Of a stretch of DNA of 64,000 bases, positions 14,698 through 27,355 are shown piece after piece. The position numbers and the translations under genes are program-made. Origin of the DNA: Octopus vulgaris (taxonomy: Eukaryota); assembly GCA_951406725.2 (NCBI GenBank), contig OX597826.1, positions 15,376,001 through 15,440,000 of the forward strand, given 5' to 3'. Each line of letters begins with the position of its first letter. Position 1 is the stretch's first letter. The notes beneath the pieces were generated by a model. It was not told where the DNA came from and searched no databases. It saw only the letters and a program-made list of their open reading frames with translations.

Positions 14698-15621
14698 TAT
14701 ATCCATGTTTATATGCTTTATTATCATTTATAGTTTACGCCTTGTCCGCTAGTTCTCCAATCTTATTCTATTTTACTTACTGTTTCCCTCCCACATAAGC
14801 AACATAAACAGTTGAACAATCACAAACGGTAAGAGCCTACCATTGAACGCAGGCCTGTGCATGAAAGTTTTTACCTGTAATGGCGTTAAAAAGAGAGGCG
14901 TATCAAAAATTTTCTAACTGTTAAGATGCGCTAACCTGTTTCTTTCTCAGTTTCTCATGCTTATTATTTGGACGATATATGTATGTACACACACACACGC
15001 ACAAATACACACACACAAACACACACGCACAAACACACGCATACATACACATATATTCATTCATATACACATATACAGACAGATACACACATACATACAC
15101 GTATACGCACGCACGTATATACAAACCTGAAAGCGTGATTCGTGATTCATCAACAATTTGTTTCTTTGGATATCTTTGTATGTCTCCTGTTTTTGGCAAT
15201 TCTGATTGAAACGCACACATCCTTTATACATACACATACATACGCGCACAAACATATACACGCTCATATACACAGACAGACACATACATACACATACGCG
15301 TGCACACGCTCGTACTCGAACAAACATATGAAGTTCCTGATGTGTGAATTTGTCTTACATTAATACATGAAGACCGAACAGAGAAACAAATGCAGGTTGC
15401 ATCATTCCTTTTAAATAAGCTATTACAAACTTGTAGATATACGCATCTATACATTGGTAGAGGGTATAAACACAAAAACACATTCATTTAAGCTACCCTA
15501 GAGTATGTGTAGACACATGCGTATACAATTGAATATATTTTAGCATCAGAGGCAAAATTACATAAATACTGTTTAAGAGTCACACGTGAAATACTTGCAA
15601 ATAAATCTCCATTGAGAATAT

Positions 15622-15728
15622 CACACACACACACACACACACACACACGCATGCACACACACACACACACACACGCATGCACACACACACGCATGCACAC
15701 ACACACATACATGCACACACACATACAT

Positions 15729-15762
<34 letters not shown>

Positions 15763-15823
15763 GCATGCACACACACACGCATGCACACACACACATACAT
15801 GCACACACACACATACACACACA

Positions 15824-15865
<42 letters not shown>
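15622..15865. repeat. (CA)n/GCATGC compound microsatellite
   Basis: Directly visible. Confidence 0.95.
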
Positions 15866-15866
<1 letters not shown>

Positions 15867-17520
15867 CGGACAGAGAGACTTCTTCATGCACACGCTCTTT
15901 CGATATCGATTGTTTGAAAGTTTAGCGTAAACCATATTTTTGTTAATAAGCTACTGACAGCTCATTAATTTCCGGTTACGAGCAAAAGTTGGCTGCCATC
16001 GCTAGACTAACGCAATTGTCTTTGTAGCATTATCACTCGTCTACTTTAATTCGGAGTCGCTAATTTCTAGTTTAATTCCACTCAAGAGCAAAAGGTTATA
16101 GATTGTGGAAGTAAATGGTTTCTTTTATTTTAATGAGAGTTTGATGAAAGACAAAAATTTCGTTGAAAATGATACAAAAACAAAATCAACAGAAAAAGAA
16201 ACTAAAATTCCGAATTTTTTTTCTTTTGATACTGGCGGGTTATATATGTAGAAAAAAGAAATGTGTGTACGAATGTTCGTGTTTGTGTGTATGTATGAGT
16301 GTGTGGAGGTAGTATCTGTGATTGCACGCTTGTATGTGAATTTTGAATTACTTTGGAAGCCCAAAGGACTTCCCATTCTTATCCATATGAAGTATTCTGT
16401 GCGTATGTCTTCAATTGCATCAGGTGCAAAGATACCTAAATATAAATATAGAACTTAAAATATGATAGTAAAAAAATAAGATTGTCATGATTCTAAACAT
16501 GTTAGTTGAAACGAAATTAGTAAATAATACTAAAAAAATACTGTTAGCTAGGCTGTGATTCTGGTGTTTAATCTTCAGTCTTTAATCTACTCCCGATAAA
16601 TGGTTCAAGATTACTTAGCATCTTTGGTACATAGGGTTAAATATCTAGGTCAGATTCCACGGAATTTATGATTAATATAGTTTTTAAATCCCTACATCAA
16701 TTATTATCGTATCATCAAACTAAGCTGTGGAAAGCACAGTCAGCAAATCGCCGGATGGAATACTTTTACACTATTTACTGCTTCCATTTACGTTCTGAAT
16801 TCAAGTAACAGTGAGGCCAGCTTCACATCTCTCCAGAAATAAAAAAAAAAAGAACTGACTGCTCAAATATATTTACAAATAGGAATAGGTAAAATAGATA
16901 TGAAATTTTCAACGTTAATAACGTGGGGAAATGATCGAAATAGAATACAAAGACTGGGAATGAAGCCAGATTGCGTTGCAACTTTCTAAGATTTAAGTGA
17001 ATAAAGTATAAAGAAGACCAAGAGACTGAATCAAACACGAAAACGATATTTGACACTTTTAGAGTCAACAATGCTCGTAGTTAGATCTACTATTATATCA
17101 ATGTTAAATTTATGTCAATACAGACCAATTAAAAGGTAGCGACTGATATACGATATTAACTTCTATTCAGGGGAAAAAGAAATATTGATGGAGCGCAAAA
17201 AGAGAAAGAAACATATCTGTACGTATTTTCGAAGATTATGTTTAGCATCATGCTACTGTTTCGAAGCAACACATTTTCGTACTGAAACTTTTCCTACAGT
17301 TTTATACTCAAAAACACGCATTTATGTATCTATGCGCATACACGCACGCACGCACTCTTGAAAAGATATTTATATTCAAATGGTCGTGTTAAGATAAGTT
17401 TTTATAAAAGTAATACATCCGTCAGTATATAAGGTAGGGGGTTTTAGTGATGAAAGAAGCAGCATTATTTAGATAAAGACACATTGCATCACCTTAGAAA
17501 AGGATATATTGAACAATGAA

Positions 17521-17761
17521 AAGGCGGCGAGCTGGCAGAATCGTTAGAACGTCGGGCGAAATGCTTAGCAGTAATTCGTCTGCCGTTACGTTCTGAGTTC
17601 AAATTCTGCCAAGGTCGACTTTGCCTTTCATCCTTTCAGGGTCGATAAATTAAGTACCAGTTACGCACTGGGTCGATATAATCGACTTAATCCGTTTGTC
17701 TCTCCTTGTTTGTCCTTGTTTGTCCCCTCTATGTTTAGCCCCTTGTGGGTAGTAAAGAAAT
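17521..17761 (+). mobile_element. tRNA-derived SINE family A, near full length
   Basis: GGCGGCGAGCTGGCAGAATCGTTAG (A-box-like) ... GAGTTCAAATTC (B-box-like) ... GGTCGACTTTGCCTTTCATCCTTTC. Many paralogues in the window. Confidence 0.85.
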
Positions 17762-17882
17762 ATATATTGAACAATAAGGTCTGCTCATAGGCAAAAGAGA
17801 AGATTTGTAGGAGGGGCATTCAACTATTGAAACAGTTTTCGATGAAATGAAAAAAAATATTAAATAGTGCAATACAGTAGTA

Positions 17883-17938
<56 letters not shown>

Positions 17939-17944
17939 ATTCTG

Positions 17945-18150
17945 TGTGCTTGTGTCTGTGTTTGTTCCCCACCATGGCTTGACAACCCGTTCTGGTTTGT
18001 TTACCACGCTTTGGCGTTGCGGTTCGATCAAATTGTTCGATAGAATAAATACCAGGCTTTAAAAATGTCTTGTGACTGATGAGCTGGAGTAAAAGTTTTG
18101 AAGGTGATGCTCCAGCATGACTGCAGTCAAATGATTAGAAATATTAAAAG
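17945..18150 (+). mobile_element. SINE family B 3' half
   Basis: Same motifs as 6275-6475, diverged. Confidence 0.65.
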
Positions 18151-18869
18151 GTGAAAGCTACATGCATACATACAACCAAACATATATATATGCGTGTATG
18201 TGTCAGTATATATATGGGTGTATTACGTATCGTTATTTATGCATGTATATTTCCATATGCCCGAGATGCATGTGTATATACTTATACATGCATACCTACT
18301 CATACACACGCGTACATCACATGTATGTTAGATATTATTTTGCCACTAAATATATCTGTGTGATTAAGTCTAATCTGTGTTTTTTTAAATGGAAGCAACT
18401 ATTTTAGAGAAAGCAGCTATTCTAAATGCTTCCTACGTCTAATTACGTATAAAAATACCATTAACTATTTAAAATGTTTTTTCTCCTTCTAAATGTTATC
18501 AATTTCCAATCAATAAATCGAAACAAATTTCATGAAATATATTTAAAAAAAATTTAAATAGTAAAAATAAGTTTAATATTTATTTTATATTTAAAGCTGA
18601 TACGGAACACATTAAAATTAATTACAGTCTCCCAACGAAAACATCCTGATAGTTCTCTAATAACGCGAACATTAGAATACAAGGAATTCTGCGACTCATC
18701 CATTAATAATCTGATATTCTGTTCTATTTTTAACTTTTATTACCAATCTCAAGGGTGGAAGAATTAACTGTCTTTTTTAGTCACAACATTCATTCGTTTA
18801 ATTGAGGATCCCAGCATTAAATTTATTACGAAGCGACTTCTTGATTTCAATATTCCAATACTTTCTAAG

Positions 18870-19260
18870 AGTAGCGAGTTGTCTGAATCGTTAACACCCA
18901 TGCTTATTGTGACTTCCTTTTGAGTTTAAATTCCTCTGAGGTCGATTTTGCCTTTCATTCTCACGTGGTCGATAAAAAATGCACCAAAATTCCTGGCCAC
19001 GTACCAAAATATGAAACTAATATTTCAGTACTTGCAAAGAGCAGAAATTTTGCAGAACCGTTAGCAGTATTTATTCCGTCTTTACGTCCTGTGTTTAAAT
19101 TCCGATGATATCGACTTTGCAATTCGTCCTTCTGGTAGAATAAAATAAGTACCCGTTGCACACTGCGGTCGATGTAACCGGCTTATCACCCGTATTGTCT
19201 ATTTGTCGATATATGTCGTCATTTTCAAATTGCTGGCCTTGTGCCAAAATTTGAAATCAG
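18870..19260 (+). mobile_element. Two tandem decayed SINE family A copies
   Basis: GAGGTCGATTTTGCCTTTCAT and AAATTGCTGGCCTTGTGCCAAAATTTGAAA motifs each occur twice. Confidence 0.65.
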
Positions 19261-19645
19261 CATATCAGTGCTTGCTCTATATGAATAGTGTATCGTAAAC
19301 TGGACCGTAGACGAACCAGTATCATGGTGGTTACTAGGCCTGCTAGGAATTCCAACAATATTAGTAGCAAATAGCAAACTATTGTTATTATAGGAGTAAG
19401 CGTATTTTTGTAGGCTGGTGTCAGTTGTCAAAAAAAATTTTTCCTCTTTAATGCGGTGGCAACATAATTACGACTCTACAGATGAATGGTAGAGGTGGTG
19501 GATTTATACACACACATACACACACGCACACACATGTATATATATATATATATGTAGGGAGAGTTTACGAAAAAGACAAAAGACGAAGACAGGTGGTGTA
19601 CAAAACAAGCAGATGTATTAGTATAACGCTCAGGAATAGAAAAAG

Positions 19646-19683
19646 CCTTTTACGTTTCAAGCCTACGCTCTTCTACAGAAAGG
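19646..19683 (-). ncRNA. Minimal type I hammerhead-like motif (core CUGUAGA)
   Basis: CCUUU-CUGUAGA-A-GAGC-guag-GCUU-GAAACGUA^AAAGG, inside a repeat (19556-19710) that recurs at 40652-40850. Confidence 0.6.
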
Positions 19684-20457
19684 GACACAGAAAAAACAAG
19701 TAGAGAACCAATATATATATATATATAGGCGCGCGCACACACGCGCTTGCGCCGGTTCGCGCACGCATGCGCGCCGCATGCACCTCGCCCTTGGACCCGA
19801 CGAGACCTCCCGCCCGTTCCTGGGATGTCGCTTGTCGTTGGGTTTTCCCACGCCCGTCTCCGCGGGACCACTCTTCCATCTTCCCCTCCGCTGAGTCCTT
19901 TTCCTAACCCCCCCTTTTTTTCGTTACACACACGCGCACACATATACACACATTGCTTAAACATATACATTACTCTTACACACATTCAATCTACTCGCCA
20001 CTAATACTACCACGACACTGGACACACACACACACTACTACTCAACACACGCTGGCACGCTACATACGCCCCCACCCCTTCCCCTCCCTCCCTTCCTCCT
20101 TCCTCCCTTTCTTACTACTGACCTTTGTCTGCTATGCTGCTGCTATGCTGACCACCGTCTCGCCCTACCTCACACGCCTACACACAGACGCACACACTAA
20201 CACATACATATATTTTTTGTTTTTTTACCTCGCCTCACACACACACATACACACACGCACACGCACACACTCACACATACACACACATCTGTTGCGTTAC
20301 CAACCTTGTCTCCACTCTTTTGCCTTTAAAAACCCACTTTGCTCTTGTTGTCGTAAACATCCGCCTTTCACCATGTGCTACTCCTAACACCAGTCGTTTT
20401 TTTCTCTATCTCCGTTGCCCGCTCCGGGATCTTTTCTTTCCTCTCTTCCTTCTTTAT

Positions 20458-20492
20458 GTTTCCGACGAAGAGCTCCGCTCGAAACGTCATAC
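20458..20492 (+). ncRNA. Minimal type I hammerhead motif (core CCGACGA)
   Basis: GUUU-CCGACGA-A-GAGC-ucc-GCUC-GAAACGUC^AUAC. Same family as 23237-23271. Confidence 0.6.
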
Positions 20493-20579
20493 CTCCCTGC
20501 TTCCATTTCCTGAGCGCCTATTAATAATAATACTGTAATTGTTCCATTGTTGTTGTTTTTTTGTTTCCCGTTTGGATTA

Positions 20580-20648
<69 letters not shown>

Positions 20649-21291
20649 GTATGTATATAGAAAAATATACATACACACACTCAGAAACATGTATAGTAAA
20701 TGTACACGATTCAAAGAACACTACATTATGGTTGATAAATACATCAACATAAACTGTATTAAGTCTTGCAGTGGAAATAGGAGAACATTGCACGGGACAG
20801 AATAGTGGGGGATTAAGTATACGTGGTCCTCAGTGTTAGACAATCCATCACCTAGATTATCAGCACAATTCACAATTGGGAAGCTTTAAGAAAATCAACT
20901 GCGTTGCAAGTATTTAGACAAGGGTATCCATTCAGAATAATATAAAGTGTTGATGTGAAACCTCCTTCAACATAGTCCCAGGTGCAGTTCAAACATGCGT
21001 TGGCTCTGCACTTTCTACCTAACGTGGTAAAAAAACCCTAACAAAACAGAAAAACTAAAAACAAAACAAACAAACAAACAAACGGTAATCTGTGCTGCCT
21101 TCCGCTGATGTTAATAGATTTTGTTGTCCATGCGTTTGTAAAGACTCTAGAGAGATATTGAGACTGATACGTTCGTCTGATAAGTTGTATTAAATAAAAA
21201 AAAATATATTTCTGACGACATATATCAACAAATACACACGTATGACAGTCCTTGTATGTATCTCTCTCTGTCTCCCCTCTCTCTTTCTGCG

Positions 21292-21367
<76 letters not shown>

Positions 21368-22267
21368 CACACACACAAGTACACACATACATCGGTAGTT
21401 TAAGCGGATAGTCTTCACTTGCTGCTCTGTGTCACAAAACAACACTCTCATCTCAGTGGTTCTCTCTAAATAAGAATCTACAGTAGAAGTATTAATTTAA
21501 TTTGCACCCAGGTCATACAACATATGTACACAGAGATTCTTTTACAGCTTTTAATATTATATTCTAAACAATGCGATTTACAATATAAGCTGCCTGTGGA
21601 ATTTACACAAATTAATCTAATAAAAATGTCTCGTAGCATAATCTTCCCAAAAAGTTACAATACACATTATTATGTCTTGGATAAAAAAAAATATTAAAAT
21701 GCTGTACAACAGTGAGAAATACTATATCGATATGAATATGAAAGAGAATATCACTGAATGTGTTATGAGAAGTATGTGCTTCATACGCACACACATACAC
21801 ACACACGCGCGCGCACATATATTTCAAAATGTACAATCGATGTGGAGGACAAATAGATACACCGATCAAAGTTCAGTAAGTAGATGCCTAAATATTGTAA
21901 TAGATACCGCAAGTGACTTAAGTATATGCTGCTGTTGGAAGGAGATCATTTATACTTTTGTAGTTCATTTCGATGTTACAGATACATAGAAAACCAGCGT
22001 GAATTTTTTTTAATGCTATGTGCAAAGCTGATGTGCTTCAGTCTGCAGTGTAAGTGTATCTCTCTCTTTCCATTCCTTAATTTTTGCATGATCCCTATTG
22101 ATCGTTTTCTTTTTTTTTCTTTTTAATCTTTCCTTTTTCTCTTTCCCTTTTACGATCCCTTTTGATCGAAAACTTACCCAACTTTTTTTTTCTCCCCAAA
22201 AAGAAAAACTCTACTTTGTAATCTGGCCCGTCTGTGTGCAGCCCTGTGTGAAACACACACGCACGCA

Positions 22268-22367
<100 letters not shown>

Positions 22368-22500
22368 ACAGAGAGAAAAGTTTGAGTTCTATTTCATCTT
22401 TTACTCTGGGGCTCCAAATTTCGATTTCTAATAATGATTCTTCATATTAGATTGGTAGCTTACTATTGTAAGTATTTTTAGAATATGAACATGTTACAAC

Positions 22501-23080
22501 TATAAGGTATGCTATGAGCATTTATAGAACACGTATCCTACAGAAACTCAACAATCAATTTAAGATGGGGAAGAAAATGTGTTAAAACCTTAGATAAATT
22601 TTAATCCATGCATCCGATCGTTTCGAACGGTAATATTAACATGTAAAAAAACGTGGAAAAAATTAGAAATTAATTATTAAATTAATTACATATTAGTGTT
22701 CTCCCCAGTGCGAAAGAAGAATACCTAAAAATGAATGCATCAGAAGAATATTATATTGTTACAGAAGACTAGATGGAGCGAGTGTCACATAACATATTCG
22801 GATATGCATAATATGATTATGGAAGATGACAGATGAAAACATGCTTAGGTAGTGTTGAGTCTAGCTGTGTAGGAAATATAACTCAATCGTGTCTCAAGAT
22901 TTACTTATCTATGGGTTATATTTCATACACAACTAGACTCAACACTACCTAAGCATGTTTTTGTCTTTCTTCTTTCATAATCATATTATTCATATCCGAA
23001 TATTTTATATGATACTAATTCCTTCTAGTCTTCTATAACAATATAATATTCTTCTGATGTATTCTTTCTGATCAATTCTT
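22501..23080 (-). mobile_element. Penelope-type pseudo-LTR with degenerate HHR and adjacent fold-back
   Basis: 22501-22670 is a diverged direct repeat of 23456-23625. Minus-strand CUGGGGA-gaac...guuc-GAAACGAUC at ~22609-22712. Inverted arms at ~22733-22884 and ~22913-23064. Confidence 0.6.
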
Positions 23081-23081
23081 C

Positions 23082-23138
<57 letters not shown>

Positions 23139-23236
23139 AATCCAAACATGAAAACACAAAGAGAAAACACAACAACGTGAGGACGTGGAACAAGTATAAT
23201 ATTATTGGACGCTCAGGAAAGAAGGAAAGACGGAGG

Positions 23237-23271
23237 GTTTAACGTTTCGAGCGGAGCTCTTCGTCAGAAAC
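23237..23271 (-). ncRNA. Minimal type I hammerhead ribozyme, canonical core
   Basis: GUUU-CUGACGA-A-GAGC-ucc-GCUC-GAAACGUU^AAAC, within a pseudo-LTR-like repeat at 23137-23342. Confidence 0.8.
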
Positions 23272-23338
23272 ATAGGAAAAGGAAATATCCAAAGAAAGGA
23301 AGACGGAGGAAAAATATCGCCAACGATACACACGCGGT

Positions 23339-23404
<66 letters not shown>

Positions 23405-23620
23405 CTTACATACATATATATATATATATGTATATATATATGTGTGTGTGTCAGTATAAGGTGTGTTATAAGCATTTATAGAACACGTATCCTATGGAAA
23501 CTCAACAAACAATTAAAGATGGAGAAGGGAAGGTGTTAAAAGTTTTTAAAAAATTTTAATCCATGCATACGATCGTTTCGAACGGTAATATTAACATGTA
23601 AAATTCATGGAAAAAAAAAG

Positions 23621-24235
23621 AAATTCATTTTCTCTAGTAATAATTTTGGAGTAGGTTATTCTGCCACTAATAGTGTAGGTAACATTATTTCTTCTTTTAA
23701 CAAATTTAAACTGAATAAATTTAATAAAAATAAATTATATAATAATACCAATAATAAAAAAGATAATACACTAATTAACTGTACATGTAGAGATAAAACT
23801 AAATGCAAATTAAATAATAAATGTGATATTAACGATGTAGTGTATAAATGTATAGTTACATTACATGATGAGAATAATAATAATAATAATAATAACTCAA
23901 ACACGATATATATAGGGTTCACTTCCTCTAAAATGAAATTAAGAATCGCACAGCATATGCATTCATTTAAAAATAAAAACTTAATTAACTCCACTGGATT
24001 TAGCAAGTACATTTGGGGACTTAAATCCCAAAATATTAATTATAATTTATCTTGGGAAATAATTAGTAAGGCTAAATCATATAGTATAGGAGGGAATTTT
24101 TGTTATTTATGTTCAAATGAGTTTAAGGAAATTTTATTTTATAAGCATGATAATTTAGTGAATACCTGGGATGAGCACAAAATAAAATGCAGACACAAGT
24201 TACTTTACTTATATAATAAATTTTTTGATAAATAA
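23621..24235 (+). pseudogene. Penelope-like element ORF C-terminus: RT thumb end, Cys linker and GIY-YIG endonuclease (5'-truncated)
   Basis: Open frame reading KFIFSSNNFGVGYSATNSVGNIISSFN...NCTCRDKTKCKLNNKCDINDVVYKC...IYIGFTS..KLRIAQHMHSF..STGFSKYIW...CYLCSNE...KCRH. This is the typical Penelope-like endonuclease layout. It extends the track ORF 23840-24235 upstream. Confidence 0.88.
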
Positions 24236-26589
24236 TGAATATTTCTTAGCCTTAATTAGCTCCTCATTTGTTGTTTTATGTAATAGTATTCTAAATATAG
24301 CAGGTGATTTGTAATTTATTTTAGTTATTTAGGTTCTGTTTTTAATTATAGTTAGATTATATATAGTTGTTTATTTTATTACTAAATATATTTTTAATAA
24401 ATATTTAATGGTTTATTGAATTTAGAGTCTGGTAAGTTACAATCTTATTTATCTTATAATAAAGTTAAGTTTATATATTTTGTTATACTTCTGTTATAAT
24501 TTCGTTAAATTATAATTTTGTTATATTAATCTATTTGTATGTAATTTCTTTATATTTGAAATAGATTTATTTAGTTGTTTATTTAATCTACTTTATTTAA
24601 TATAGAAGTATAGATTAGTAGATTAATTATTTAGATTAAACTTAATGTTTACCTCTATTTTTGTATTGTAGTATGAATATAGACATTTATATACGTATTT
24701 ATTATATGATATATGTGGTTGTGTGTGTATGTATATATGTGTATATTTTGATGTGCGTGTATATATATGTATATACATTTATTTATGTGAGTGGATGTGT
24801 GTATATAGGTGTATGTGTATATATTGAGCATTGTATGTGTGTACATGTATGTATGTGTGTGCATATGTGTATGTGTGTATGTGTGTGTATATATGTGTGT
24901 ATATATGTATATGTATGTGTGTATGTATGTGTATATGTATATGTATGTATATGTATATATATGTATATATATATGTATATATATATGTATATGTATGTAT
25001 ATTTTTATATATTTATGTATACGTATGTATAGTTATACTGCAAATTTTGATAAGTATTCTATTGATTTGGTTATGATCACTAATTTTAGCCTATAACTAT
25101 AAGAGCATGGGGAAAGACTTTACAGTATAATGAGGGGTTACTATATAATTTTTTTTTTATATATTTATTAATCATATAAGAATTTTAGAATATATTTAAT
25201 AATTATTGGTTTTTAATCATTTAAATTATTTAATTTATTTTGTATTAAGTATTATTTATCATAGTTATTTTATTAATAAATATTATATTATAGAGAGATT
25301 TTATTCTTTATTTGTGACTTCATTCTATTTACACTGATAAACCATTAATGTTCGCATTCACAATCTCATTGATAAAGCGTATGTTCCTCACGCTTAATGA
25401 ATTCTTCAACAATTTATTCTTTTTTTGCTAATAATGTAATTCCACGAGTATTCTTATAAACGCTGTAAAGACGTTTTCCGATTCAAAATTTTAGTTCATT
25501 ACTAAACCTCGCTAAGATAAGTTTTTATTTATATTTAAGATCTTCAAATTGTAAATTTTAATATTGTATAAGTCTTTGGTGTAATAATATTTTCCTTATG
25601 TAAATATCGTTGTTTATGTAATGATCTAATTATCGTAATTTTTTATATTATTAGATATTAAATTTAAGTTTATTCGTAAGATACTACTTAGCGATATATT
25701 TGTTGTTTGATAGCAAGTATACGAGGTGTATAAAGTTAGGCTTTTGTATATACATGTTTTAATAGTATTAATTGTAGTTTTAAATTTCTTATAATTAAAT
25801 TAGATAAACTTTGATAAACTTAGATATGTTTCGACTAAAGATTGGTCCAGGCCATGTCTAATTTAATAGCATAACTTAGTTATTGTTTTTTTAAATTGAT
25901 ATTCGCAAGTTATTCCCATTGATAATTATATTTATAGTATTTATAGTATTTATTCGATACTATATTACTACGAATTGATTATTTCTATAAGTATTTTACA
26001 TAACATTTCCGAAAGTTCGTTTAAGTTTGTTTATTTGTATTTTGAAATTAGCTATTTCATCTTTAAATATGAAAAGTTAATTTATTAGGTTTTTATTATA
26101 TGTGCATATATATTTATTTATAGAGATTATTTTAGATCTTAATTATAATATTTATATACATTTATATATTTTCATTGATAATTTATATATAATAGTCATT
26201 TTTAAATATATATGTAATTAGATAAAGATTAATACCGATATTAGATTATTGGTGGTTTTCCTACTTTATAAATTAAAATTAATATTTAACATTATAGTCG
26301 ATTTTGATATAATCATAATTGTTAAGTTTTATGTTTCTAGTTTGATAATAGAGTTTATTATAAGTAAAATTATTATATTATTAATTCTCTAAAAGGGATA
26401 TAGACAGTAACTGCTCGATAACATAAGGGACTAAAGCCATCTGAATATGGCTAGGGACAGGGCAGGGTGGTGGGGGTGTTACTGTTGCATTTAGCCCCAG
26501 GCGAACATCGACGTCACCAGAAAGGCTCGACACCGTCACGGTGCCCTTAACCTGCAAAGGGAGGTAATTCCCCGATGAAACGGAAACCA

Positions 26590-26635
26590 CACACGGACCA
26601 TGGTTTCAAGGTGTATTGCCTATCATCGGCGTGTG
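26590..26635 (-). ncRNA. Type I hammerhead ribozyme, unit 1 (U4C core variant)
   Basis: Minus strand reads CACACG-CCGAUGA-U-AGG-caauaca-CCU-U-GAAA-CCAUGG-UC^CGUGUG: 6-bp helix I, short helix II, palindromic helix III (ACCAUGGU), GUC cleavage triplet. Confidence 0.75.
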
Positions 26636-26949
26636 GTAGGCCTCCGCTTCCTCGACGAATTCTCACTCTGCAGGATTTTCTTATATAGATTTTCAAGCAA
26701 AATACATTTGCTGATTTCGAAAATCTGTTCGAAAGCAATAATAATTCTCTAAAAGGGATATAGACAGTAACTGCTCGATAACATAAGGGACTAAAGCCAT
26801 CTGAATATGGCTAGGGACAGGGCAGGGTGGTGGGGGTGTTACTGTTGCATTTAGCCCCAGGCGAACATCGACGTCACCAGAAAGACTCGACACCGTCACG
26901 GTGCCCTTAACCTGCAAAGGGAGGTAATTCCCCGATGAAACGGAAACCA

Positions 26950-26995
26950 CACACGGACCATGGTTTCAAGGTGTATTGCCTATCATCGGCGTGTG
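26950..26995 (-). ncRNA. Type I hammerhead ribozyme, unit 2
   Basis: Identical to 26590-26635, offset +360. Confidence 0.75.
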
Positions 26996-27309
26996 GTAGG
27001 CCTCCGCTTCCTCGACGAATTCTCACTCTGCAGGATTTTCTTATATAGATTTTCAAGCAAAATACATTTGCTGATTTCGAAAATCTGTTCGAAAGCAATA
27101 ATAATTCTCTAAAAGGGATATAGACAGTAACTGCTCGATAACATAAGGGACTAAAGCCATCTGAATATGGCTAGGGACAGGGCAGGGTGGTGGGGGTGTT
27201 ACTGTTGCATTTAGCCCCAGGCGAACATCGACGTCACCAGAAAGGCTCGACACCGTCACGGTGCCCTTAACCTGCAAAGGGAGGTAATTCCCCGATGAAA
27301 CGGAAACCA

Positions 27310-27355
27310 CACACGGACCATGGTTTCAAGGTGTATTGCCTATCATCGGCGTGTG
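27310..27355 (-). ncRNA. Type I hammerhead ribozyme, unit 3
   Basis: Identical to 26590-26635, offset +720. Confidence 0.75.

Larger units (their letters stand above)
19556..20580. mobile_element. Non-coding Penelope-derived element bounded by oppositely oriented HHR pseudo-LTRs
   Basis: Minus-strand HHR repeat at the left end, plus-strand HHR repeat at the right end, GC/CpG-rich interior at 19728-19915, (TA)n flanks. Confidence 0.5.

Noticed and set aside
25300-26100. Possible decayed Penelope RT coding relic in the AT-rich stretch
   Set aside because: Only faint motif resemblance and no sustained frame; it needs a translated profile search.
26478-26565. HDV-like or twister ribozyme suggested by minus-strand GGGGCUAAAUGCAA
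   Set aside because: I could not assemble the P1/P3/L3/P1.1 pseudoknot or the twister conserved boxes by eye.
26566-26612. Functional plus-strand hammerhead
   Set aside because: The core boxes are present, but helix II is only 4 unpaired nt and there is no helix I. Better explained as the anti-ribozyme complement.
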